Shown in pieces: positions 1 through 11,039 of a stretch of DNA of 64,000 bases; the stretch's first letter is position 1; each line of letters starts with the position of its first letter. The stretch is from Eledone cirrhosa (Eukaryota). The translations under genes were made by a program, and so were the position numbers. A model generated the notes under the pieces. That model was not told the origin of the DNA. It did not search any database and saw nothing but the letters and a program-made list of their open reading frames with translations. Location: positions 8,556,001-8,620,000 of the forward strand of contig OZ024757.1 in NCBI GenBank assembly GCA_964016885.1. The letters run 5' to 3'.

Positions 1-1460
1 TCTCCAGTCTACATATCCTCTGCAGTCACACCCTTGTTTCGTTACCATGCATCATTGCACATCACCCACATGTGTCATACAGTTGTCCTTTTGTACAGAG
101 AGAGAAACCTTTTGTGGTCAACTGTTGCAGTAGCTCTCTAAACTTTTTCCATCCTATCCTTATTCTAGCTATTAATCTTTCAGAGCAGTCTCCTCCACTG
201 CTAATTAAGTCACCTAGATTGCAAAATATATTTGTCTGCATACCTAATGAAGGGTGTTTGGAAGTGCCTCCCCTAATAAACAGTGGTGCCATAACTCAGA
301 AACCAATGGTCACACATACATGGTAAGTTAGCTAAGAATGTAGGTTTTACATTGGTTCACTGCGCTGGAGAAGTAAGCAGCAATCACGTTTAGGAGACAA
401 GCTCTATCAAATATTTAAAGGGTTCCATAGAAGCAATTGACAGTTTCTGTTACCTGGGGTATCAAATAAGCAGTGGAGGTAGGTGTTCTGAAAGTACAGT
501 AACCAGAGTAAGAACAAGATGGCAGAGGTTTAGGGTGTTACTACTGCTACTAGCTACAAAAGGTTGTTTCATCAATTTGATGTGTGCATATGAACAGCAA
601 TGCTGCATTGCAGTGAGGACCTCAGAAGATTGGATAGAAATGAAGCTTAAATTTTCCAATGGATGTGTAATATTAATTAATATACATGAAGGGTAAAGTG
701 TAAATAAACTGAAAGGGAAAAGATACAGTATGCAGGAGAGGAGATTGCTGTGGGTTGGACATGTGATGTGTATGAAGGTAGAGATTGCTGTATAAAAGGT
801 TGACCACGTGAAATTGATGAAAGAGGAAGACCTAGGAAAGCTTGGGATGAGGAGGTAAAAACTGACCTGACACCATTGTACCTCTCAAAGGTGATGACAC
901 AGGATTGAAATCTCTGGCGTTATATAGTACTGCAGGAGACCTGCATTCCCATGTCCACGGGTTGACACAACATTTAGTGGTTTGAAGTATGCTCTAATTT
1001 TCCACCCCTTCACATCTGAACACTCCACAACCTTACCAGCTAAGTACACCACCCTGACCTAACTCGCAAATCCCCACCCTACATACACACAACCCCACCC
1101 CCACTTTCACATCTGATACACCTCTCTTGACCAACCCATGTATACAAGTATGGAATGCTTAACATGCTCTTCTCCAATGCGGCTGAAATGGCTAAACCCT
1201 CAGGCAACCCTGTAAGGTGGTCGTGCAGGTGTCATGACAAAAGAACACAGAGTCCTCTCTGTTAGGTAATATGACAAAAGAGCACCTAACCCTCCCTGCA
1301 AGGTAGTCATGCTGGTGACATGACAAATAAGCACCCAGTCCACCCTGTGAGGTAGACTTGACAGAAGGCCCCTAGCCCAGTCTGTAAAGTAGTCATGCTA
1401 GTGGCAAGACTGAAGGGACCCGAAGCACCCTTCAAAGTGGTCAAATTGGTGACATGACTT
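1..1460. mobile_element. Composite of decayed RTE LINE 3' fragments (1-~300 on -, ~330-1460 on +); inverted paralog of 30900-32365
   Basis: ORF 62..292(-) has LGDLISSGG..RIRIGWKKFREL, as in the RTE thumb region; reverse complement of 1-90 matches 32275-32365. Confidence 0.85.
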
Positions 1461-2228
1461 GACACCATATTTTAGTTTACTTCTAAAATATCTCATTTTT
1501 AGTTTACTTCTAAAATATCTCATATATTTAAAAATTACTTATTTTTAAAAATTATTATTTATTTCTTAAAAAAATTACTTTTTAAAGATTATTTAAAATT
1601 TTTTTATATTTTTTAAATATTTGAAAACATTTTAAATAGTTTAAGTACTTTTTACGTATTTTATTTTGTTAAAAAGGTTTTTTGAGTATCTTCTGAGATT
1701 AAAAAAAAATTTTTTTTTATTTTTCCAGAAATTTTTTCGAGAACTTAATATTTTTATATTTTTTAATATTTTTTAATTATTTAATATTAGAGTTATAACC
1801 AATAACTAATTCTGGCTAAATATATCTTTCAACATTTATATCTTCGTCAAAATGGTCTCATACTAACTAATAAATAAACAAAACTGGGTTTTTCAATATC
1901 TTCCTAATTTAAAACATTAAAAACATATAAATAATCTTATTAACTCAGTTAATTTAATTACTTACACTAAATATAAACCAGTATCCCTCATAACTTATTA
2001 AAACAATTATCTATAACAGGATATACCCATTTATCCACTCATATATCTATTCTTCTATCTATATATTTCTATCTATTGATTCTCCTATTTTCTACTTTAT
2101 ATCTATTTATTTTCAATTTATTTTTCAATGTCTTTATATATATTTATTTTTTCTATATATTTATAATAGTAAATATTATATTGTATTATATTAGAATTCT
2201 AACAATAATTAGTAAATATACGTAACAT

Positions 2229-2573
2229 CATCATCATCATCGTTTCATTTTACATCCGCTTTTTCCCTGCTTGCAAGGGTGGGACGGGAACTAATGCTGG
2301 CTTGATTTCTACAGCTGGATGCCCTTCCTAACACCAACCTCATTTACAGTGAGTGCTGGGTGCTTTTTTTTGCCGTGGCACCTCCACGACCACTTTGCAG
2401 TGGAATGATATGGACCCCAGTCCCTATCATCTCATTTCTACAGCTGAGTAAATTGGAGCAATGTGAAATAAAGTGTCTTGCTCAAGGAAACAACACATCA
2501 CCCGGTCTGAGAATTGAACTCACAACCTTTCGATTGCAAGGCCAATGCTCTAACCACTAGGCCATGTGCCTCC
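2229..2573 (-). mobile_element. tRNA-derived SINE (family 1) with RTE-type 3' tail
   Basis: Minus strand starts GGAGGCACATGGCCTAGTGGTTAGAGC (A box), GAGTTCAATTC (B box), then CCTTGAGCAAGACACTTTATTTCAC; tail shared with RTE ending in (GAT)n; flanking direct repeat GTAACAT at 2222-2228 and 2574-2580. Confidence 0.85.
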
Positions 2574-2849
2574 GTAACATTAATATAAACTTAATACTTA
2601 TTTACGTTACATGAGTTCATCCTCTATAAATGTCTTTCTTCTCTCTATCTCATAACAGTAATTTTTTCTCTCTCTTTCTTCCCTATCTTTCCCCAGCGTA
2701 ATTTAAATAAACGGTTGTTTTTTCAATTTTTCATACATTCATTTGCATATTCACACATAACTTTGAATTACCCCTAATAATATCCAGCGAATTTCCGACC
2801 GTTAAGGTTGATTTCCATGGGTATGTCATTATTTATGAAACAAATTGTG

Positions 2850-2914
2850 TATTTTATCTGATGAAAGCGCACCAAGATTGGCTTGGTCGCCCTTGAAATA
2901 TATATAATAAAATA
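2850..2914 (+). ncRNA. Type I hammerhead ribozyme motif
   Basis: Stem I TATTTTAT/ATAAAATA, core CTGATGA, stem II with ACCAAG/CTTGGT, GAAA, minimal stem III with palindromic ATAT loop, AUA cleavage triplet. Confidence 0.7.
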
Positions 2915-2929
2915 AATATAGTTTTATAA

Positions 2930-3246
2930 ATCATCATCATCATCAACGTTTTACGTCCGTTCTTCCATGCTAGCATGGGTTAGACGGGTTGTCCTCTTGT
3001 GGGCAGTGTCTGGTCGGCTGACCATGCCTTGCTCATACGGGAACTGATTTTGGCTTGATTACAACTGGATGCCCTTCCTAACACCAACCTCATTTACAGT
3101 GAGTGCTGGGTGCTTTTTTCCGTGGCGCCTACACGTCCACTTTACAGTGGTAAGGTGTGGGGGCATATTGTCTATATGCTTCAGCTTGTACCCATGGGAG
3201 GTCGGGTACTCTGTATTACTGCGTGACGCCAGAGGTCACGGTCATG
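2930..3246 (-). mobile_element. RTE LINE 3' end fragment
   Basis: Matches 20907-21280, including the (CAT)n tail. Confidence 0.85.
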
Positions 3247-3328
3247 TGTATATATATATATATATATATTTATATGTATATATATATATATTTTTTCTTT
3301 TAACATATATGTGTATATAAAATATATA

Positions 3329-3402
3329 CAGGGTCTCCCCAAAAATGTAAACACTTTCAACTACAGTCTATGTAAATGTGTATTCATTTTTTGGGGACAC
3401 TG
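3329..3402. mobile_element. Tc1/mariner-type mini-MITE (~75 bp); further copies 4310-4388 and 46988-47062
   Basis: TA|CAGGGTCTCCCCAAAAATGTA...TCATTTTTTGGGGACACTG|TA: terminal inverted repeats with TA flanks. Confidence 0.7.
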
Positions 3403-4452
3403 TAATATACATATCATTAAACGTATCTCCTACATGTGTATAAATAAATATACATGTATTTTATTAACAATTTTCTGTAGAATCTGTTAAACATGGAAGA
3501 AAATGTGGAGACTAAATAAAATTAACGTGTTGGTCACATTAACTTAATAATATAACTATATATTAATGAAATATGCCAAAATAAAAGTTGTAATTGTAAC
3601 AAAAATATAGATTCGGTAGTTTATTATGACCAAGATTGAATATTTTATGGAATTAAGTGGAATTTTCTAGGAAATAAGACAGTAAAACAGTGAAATGTTG
3701 AGGTTAAAAGAGACAAAATGTCCTCTCTTTATAAACTTTAATGTGGCTGAATTAGTAGCAGCTCGGCTTACTAAACTCAGCTCTCATCTTACAAGGGTTC
3801 GAATGTCACGTAGTTCACTATAGTGTCTACAGAGTTATCTCCTACTGCTTTTATATAGTACCACTGTTTACTGTAAAGAGGGCGCTACAATAATTTACTA
3901 GTGTGAGCAGTCTGGCTCACTAACGCCAGGACTAAAGTGTTACCTGGTTTCAACCGGGCTGGTTCCTTAATTTTTAAAAAAGAGTTATCACCCATAGCCT
4001 TTCAGAGTTTCTTAGTTTACTCGAAAGGTGGCGTGGCGATCTGCTTTTATGAGGTGTAGTAATAGACAATAATATAAGGACGGAGGAGGGGTGAGAGATA
4101 AAAAGACAAAACTGTGTTAATTCTCTCTCCCCCTCTCTTCTTTTACTCTATCTACCTCTTATGTCTTCATTTCACTGTTTTATTGTCTTATTTCCTAATT
4201 CCACTTAATTCCATTAAATATTCAATCTTGGTCGAAATAAATATTTTCATCTGTGACGATCTGTACAACCAATAATAGTAGGAGTCACGTTACATGATAT
4301 GTCTATATACAGGGTATCCCTAAAATATGTATACACATTTACATAGACTGTAGTTGAAGTGTGTATACACTTTTGGGGGGAGACCCTGTATATATTTTAT
4401 ATATACATATATATATTAAAAGATGATTGATATATAAATATAAACATATATA

Positions 4453-4758
4453 TCATCATCATCATTATCATTTCAGTTTACGTCCGCTTTTCCCTGCTTA
4501 CAAGGGTGGGATGGGAACTGATTCTGGCTTGATTTCTACAGCTGGATGCCCTTCCTAACACCAACCTCATTTACAGTGAGTGCTGGGTGCTTTTTTACCG
4601 TGGAATGATAAGGACCCCAGTCCCTATCATCTCATTTCTGGAGCAATGTGAAATAAAGTGTCTTACTCAAGGAAACAACACATCACCTGGTCTGAGAATT
4701 GAACTCACAACCTTTTGATTGCAAGGCCAATGCTCTAACCACTAAGCCATGTGCCTCC
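4453..4758 (-). mobile_element. tRNA-derived SINE (family 1), internally deleted
   Basis: Collinear with 2229-2573. Confidence 0.85.
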
Positions 4759-5599
4759 ATATATATATATATACACTCATATGTCTGTTTATATATATAT
4801 AAATATACATATATAAAGATATATATACTCTTACTTGCATACAGCTGAAAATGTATATATGTATGTAAACACATACTTAAACATACATGTATACATATAG
4901 ATGGACAGTTATACATATACAATAACTTATTTCTATACATACATATACCACAAGTAAGGCATGGTGTTGCCAACTAACCAGACCTCCCTCATAATGGACC
5001 AGCTAGATCCCAAAATACAGGCCTGCTAGCCAACACACAGTCCCAATAAGTGTAAGTTACAGCACAGCTATCTGGACAGACTTGTCTTAAGACTACTCTT
5101 TATCCCACTACATCTTTTGTGTACTATATATATACTGTTTATATATATATATATACACATATAATTGTGTATTCAAACATTATCCTAGTAATGAAATAAT
5201 TAACAATTTTAGTAAATTGTTCAAAATTCTTAATTAACCCTTTTGGTAGAAACCCAGCCAAAATTGGTTCTCGTTCTATGGAAATGGTTCCTATCTAAAT
5301 TAAAGTCTTCCAACGAAATTCTATATAACAACCATATGTTATGTTACTATGTTAGTAATTAACTAACAATTGTGATAAATAGCTCAAAATTAGTCATAAT
5401 TAATTGAAATACAAGGTTCATAATTATAATAAAATCTTCGAATAGGCTACGAAGCCGGGAAACCTGAAAGGTACGCAAAACACACATCGCTATAGCGTTT
5501 CACCAGCCAATTCCTTCCTCAATCATAACATCGATGTGTGTGTATGTAATAATTATTTTGTATCGTGTGTCTATTTATGAATATGTATGAGTAGATGTA

Positions 5600-5908
5600 A
5601 CCCAGTAGATGTGTGTGTGTGTGTAACATAGTAGATGTGTGTGTATGTAACTCAGTAGATGTGTGTGTATGTAACTCAGTAGATGTGTGTGTATGTAACA
5701 CAGTAGATGGGTGTGTATGTAATGCAGTAGATGTGTGTGTATGTAACATAGTAGATGTGTGTGTATGTAACCCAGTAGATGTGTGTGTATGTAACTCAGT
5801 AGATGTGTGTATATGTAACACAGTAGATGTGTGTGTATGTAACACAGTAGATATGTGTGTCTAACACAGTAGAAGTGTGTATGTAACACAGTAGATGTGT
5901 ATGTAACT
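5600..5908. repeat. 24-bp minisatellite (CAGTAGATGTGTGTGTATGTAACA), about 13 copies
   Basis: Direct tandem repeat; explains the 8-aa periodic ORFs. Confidence 0.9.
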
Positions 5909-6436
5909 AAAGTGTAACGTACTTTACGAATGGACGACAAAATGACTTTAACTTGTTTTTTTAACAATTGATGGTGGAAAAGATTTTAAATTGTTTCAAC
6001 TCAGACCATAAAGGGCCGCAACACATGGAGTCTGACACACTTACCGGCTACATAGCGTGGGAGTCTATTTTACCAGGACCGGCTACATAGCTTCTTCCTA
6101 AATTCTTCCAACATAATTTTATACAAGAACCACATGTTAAGTTACTAATAAAATAATTAATAATTAAAAACTTTAGTAAATCCTTCCAATGATATCTCAG
6201 TAATGAAATAATTAATAATTGTTATAAATACCTCAAAATTCCTCATTAATTAAACCCAAGACAGGTAAAAACTCCAGAGTCTTTCAGTCGGACATGAAAC
6301 AAATTAATTTCTAATGGACGAAAAGATGTTAAAGTCAGCCAAGGGAGATCACTCTCAGCGACTTATTGTAATTCTTGTTCGTGAATTAATCCGGATTAAA
6401 TTATTCCGGTGTATTTTGTGTGGAGGAAACCGGGTT

Positions 6437-6580
6437 TACGCGGTGATAGCACGTACATGAACGTATGATTCGTGAGTTCGAATCCCAGACCGGGCGGTCC
6501 GTACGTTGGGGCCTTGAACAAGACACTTTATTTCTCATTGTTTCATTTCACCCAGCTGGCAAAAATAAGTTGTACCAGTA
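6437..6580 (+). mobile_element. Diverged tRNA-derived SINE head (family 1-like)
   Basis: GAGTTCGAATCCCAGACCGGG B box followed by CCTTGAACAAGACACTTTATTTC. Confidence 0.6.
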
Positions 6581-6764
6581 ATTATAGGAGACGTTGTTAC
6601 ATAGAATTGTCACACTGAATCTCCCTGAGAATAATGTCAATGGTACACGTGTCAATGAAATACCCAGGCATATTATAATATAAGATGGGTTCTATATGTA
6701 TTTAAATAGGAGGCCATGTCACACGTTTTGTCTCGCTGAATCTCCCTGGGAACTACGTATATAC

Positions 6765-8250
6765 TAGTGACTATCAGACACAGTATATCTAGGACTACAT
6801 TATCTTATGTGCAGTATAGTAGTTAGTATTAATGGCTATCAGACATGATTTATCTAGGACCACATTATCTAATGTACAGTATAGTAGTTAGTATTAGTGG
6901 CTATCAGACATGGTTTATCTAGGACTACATTATCTAATGTACAATATAGTAGTTAGTATTAGTGACTATCAGACATAGTGTATCTAGGACTACATTATCT
7001 AATGTACAGTACAGTAGTGAGTATTAGTGGCTATCAGACATAGTGTATCTAGGACTACATTATCTAATGTACAGTACAGTAGTTAGTATTAGTGGCTATC
7101 AGACATAGTGTATCTAGGACTACATTATCTAATGTACAGTACAGTAGTTAGTATTAGTAGCTATCAGACATAGTGTATCTAGGACTACATTATCTAATGT
7201 ACAGTACAGTAGTTAGTATTAGTTGCTATCAGACAGAGTGTATCTAGGACTACATTATCTAATGTACAGTACTTAGTATTAGTGGCTATCAGACATAGTG
7301 TATCTAGGACTACATTATCTAATGTACAGTACAGTAGTTCGTATTAGCGACTATCAGACATAGTGTATCTAGGACTACATTATCTAATGTACAGTACAGT
7401 AGTTCGTATTAGTGGCTATCAGACATAGTGTATCTAGGACTACATTATCTAATGTACAGTACAGTAGTTCGTATTAGTGGCTTTCAGACATAATGTATCT
7501 AGGACTACATTATCTAATGTACGGTACAGTAGTTAGTGTTAGTGGCTATCATACATAGTGTATCAAGGACTACATTATCTAATGTACAGTATAATGGTTG
7601 GTATTAGTGGCTGTCAGACATAGTGTATCTGGGACTACATTATCTAATGTATAGTAGTTAGTATTACTGGCTATCATATATAGTGTGTAGGAGTACATTA
7701 TCTAATGTAAAGTATAGTAGTTAGTGTTAGTGGCTATCAGACATAGTGTATCTAGGACTACATTATCTAATGTACAGTATAGTAGTTCGTGTTAGTGGCT
7801 ATCAGACATAGTATATCTAGGACTACATTATCTAATGTACAGTATAGTAGTTCGTGTTAGTGGCTATCAGACATAGTATATCTAGGACTACATTATCTAA
7901 TGTACAGTACAGTAGTTAGTATTAGCGGCTATCAGACATAGTGTATCTAGGACTACATTATATAATGTACACTATAGTAGTTAGTATTAGTCACTATCAG
8001 ACATAGTATATCTAGGACTACATTATCTAATGTACAGTACAGTAGTTAGTATTAGTGGCTATCAGACAGTGTATCAAAGACTACATTATCTAATGTACAG
8101 TACAGTAGTTAGTATTAGTGGCTATCAGACATAGTATATCTAGGACTACATTATCTAATGTACTGTATAGAAGTTAGTATTAGTGGCTATCAGACATAGT
8201 GTATCAAGGACTGCATTATCCAATGTACAGTATAGTATTTATCATTAGTG
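6765..8250. repeat. 65-bp minisatellite, about 23 copies
   Basis: Unit GTATTAGTGGCTATCAGACATAGTGTATCTAGGACTACATTATCTAATGTACAGTACAGTAGTTA; starts at 7021 and 7086 give period 65. Confidence 0.95.
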
Positions 8251-9624
8251 GTAATATTGTTATATATATTTTCACTTGTATATAATTACTGTATCGTTGA
8301 AGGGTTCACATAATTATATTATTTACATTAATATAGACATTAAGTAAATCTTTGTCAACTTACTTTTTCACATATAATCAATGTGTTGTGTTAGTTTTTA
8401 TTAAACAAAGACAAATTCATTTTTATAGGACTTTCTAACATAGCTATCATCTCCTCTCCTGATGACATGTCAACACCAGTTTAACTTCCACCTTTTTATT
8501 AGTAGGAGTCAATTCTTTCTCAATATCTTTTTCTCACTTCTCTCTCCTTCTCCGGGAGGAATCAGCTGTGTTTAGACCAGGAGTCTAATGAATCGACATG
8601 AATCCATACAATATCTGATTTCACTTGAAGTTTTATTCAGATCTCAATTGTGTTCAGACCTGGAGAGAGGAGATGGGCTCCATCAGGTTTTAAAATATGT
8701 GCAACAAAGACTGAAATCCACTAGAGTACCCCTACGACTACCCCAAAATTTACAGGTCCATATATATATATATTTATATACATATATATCCCTTTCTCTG
8801 GAAGAAATCAAGTGTATTCAGATCTGGAAGAAGGGTGAGGTCTCCACAAGGTCTAAAATACCCAATAAATGTTATATGTCACAAAGGTACCCCTATGATT
8901 CCACAAGGATTTCCTTTCTTTGGGACTATGTCTGGGTCAACCTGTGAAATAGGGATTGAGTAACTGTATTTCAGGGAGCTGTTTTGATATTGAAGGGACA
9001 TCTGTTGGTGTAGGGTTTCGTTGGTGACATAATAAGGTTCTAATACTGTAAAGAGCTACCTGAAACACTGTCTGGTACATGTTTTGGAGACATGATCATA
9101 AAGCCATGTATAGAGAAGCAGTCAGCAAAGTTAGGATTAACTTTGACTATATTGAAGAAATATATTTTTCCAATGTTGTTATATTTTCACTTGTATATAA
9201 TTACTGGATCGTTGAAGGGTTCACATAATTCTATTATTTACACACATTAATATAGACATTAAGTAAATCTTTGTCAACTTCCCTCCTTCAGATGTAATCA
9301 ATGTGTTGTGTTAATTTTTTATTAAACAACCAAAGAAATAATCTCTTGTATTTGTGAGTTCACAAAAACTAGATGGTGTCTGACAGAACACAGGAGAGAT
9401 ACTAAATAACAGCCTTGTCACTGAGGAGGTTATATAATGTGTGACAAAAGAGCTTTGACAAACAAATAAACTAACCAACTGGATGTTTATAATAAATGGA
9501 AGAGTAAACCAACAATTGCATGAGTTTTTATTGGCAGCATGACTCCCCCAAAATATAACAATATCTGTTTCAACACAAGTTTTCAGATAAGAAACCCTGC
9601 TTGACAAATACAAAAACGGAGTGG

Positions 9625-9682
<58 letters not shown>

Positions 9683-10001
9683 ATGTACACTCACACACAC
9701 ATATATATATATACACATATGGACATACACTCACACACACACATATATGTATACACAAAAGACTATAGAAATTTTTCTGAGGCAAGACAATCTGTTGCAA
9801 TAATCTATATGTATGATTATGTTTGTAAATAAAAACCATTAATCTGGATACCTAAATATGGAATGTTACGTGATGGGGCCCCCCACTGCCCCGGCGGACA
9901 GGATGGAGAAGGCGTTCCCACGGAGTACGGCAAGGGATACGCACTGGAATATGGGCGTACACTCACACACATATATACACAGACACACACATATATATAT
10001 A

Positions 10002-10149
10002 AGGTAAACAGAAATAACAACACAATCAGTACAGTATATGGAAGGAATACATTAGGTTAACACTTGAAATAACAGGTGCTATTTCAAGTGTTAACTTAGT
10101 ATATTCCTTCCATGTACTGTACTGATTGTGTTGTTATTTCTGTTTACCT
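10002..10149. mobile_element. Hairpin MITE (~70-bp inverted arms) in TA context
   Basis: AGGTAAACAGAAATAACAACACAATCAGTACAGTA... is complementary to ...TACTGTACTGATTGTGTTGTTATTTCTGTTTACCT. Confidence 0.75.
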
Positions 10150-10314
10150 GATATATATATATCAACTCTTACGTGGGCCTCTCAAATTCGTTGGATTTTC
10201 ACCCTGAACCTGGATACCCACCCGGAGTTTACCTGAACTTCCACCAGGAAATATTTTCATATCACTGATATTTTCTTTGCTCCTCGCATTATATAGAGTT
10301 ACCTCCCTTTATGA

Positions 10315-10435
10315 TCTGAGTTCAAATCCTGCCGAGGTTAACTTTGCCTTTCATCCTTACGGGGGTCGATAAAATAATGTACCAGTAATGTACTGGGATA
10401 ATTGCTGGCCTCGTGCCAAAAGTAGAAACAATTAT
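10315..10435 (+). mobile_element. SINE family 2 fragment (Meta-domain-like)
   Basis: GAGTTCAAATCC then GCCTTTCATCCTTACGGGGGTCGATAAAATAATGTACC. Confidence 0.75.
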
Positions 10436-10454
10436 ATATATCTATCCAAGAGCT

Positions 10455-10879
10455 GAACTGAGGGTCTGGTGTGTGAAGGGTTTGGTGTGGCCAACTGGCC
10501 TGTCCCTCTTCATAGTGGTATCACTGGTCCCTTTGTATGGTGGTGCCATCCAACACCAGACTCCCAAACTGTGGTACGACATCTGTCCCTCCTCATAGAG
10601 ATGTTATTCAGTACCGGGCCCCCAAACTGTGGTAATGTTGTGTGTTGGGTTTGGCCACCCCTCATCACGGTGTCACACCGTACCAGGCCCCCAAACTGCG
10701 GCTACACTGTGAGATAGGTTAGGCTCTGAAAACGTGGTTCCCTTGTGAGACAGGTTCGGCGGGGCCAAATGTACAGTCCTCACTCTAGTGAGGACTGTAC
10801 ATTTGGAGGGTATTTTACACAGGTCCAACCCTGGCCAGACTTGCAAGCATGGAAAAATTGACATTAAATGAAAATGAGG

Positions 10880-10882
<3 letters not shown>
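10455..10882 (+). mobile_element. RTE-family 3' UTR with internal tandem repeats; related to 34820-35410
   Basis: Repeated CCAGGCCCCAAACTGTGGTA motif ending in the GCAAGCATGGAAAA RTE terminus. Confidence 0.6.
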
Positions 10883-10930
<48 letters not shown>

Positions 10931-11039
10931 TTATTTATATATATACATTCACACGAAACAATTATACATACACAAACATATTTAGATAGATGTATCCACA
11001 TATATTCCTATACCTAGGTGTGTATATGTATATATATAA

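Noticed and set aside
2500-2573. tRNA gene
   Set aside because: A/B boxes are present but run into a SINE body and LINE tail; multiple diverged copies
5234-5470. piggyBac-like TTAA|CCCTTT start
   Set aside because: No matching right terminus found
8459-8480. Other CTGANGA cores (also 15449, 28457, 34096, 34178, 59253)
   Set aside because: No properly placed stem II/GAAA/UH or stem I; the 15449 one may be a truncated relic but cannot be supported
9860-9960. Short GC-rich island with a 65-aa ORF
   Set aside because: Too short, no motif or second copy in the window; probably a TE scrap
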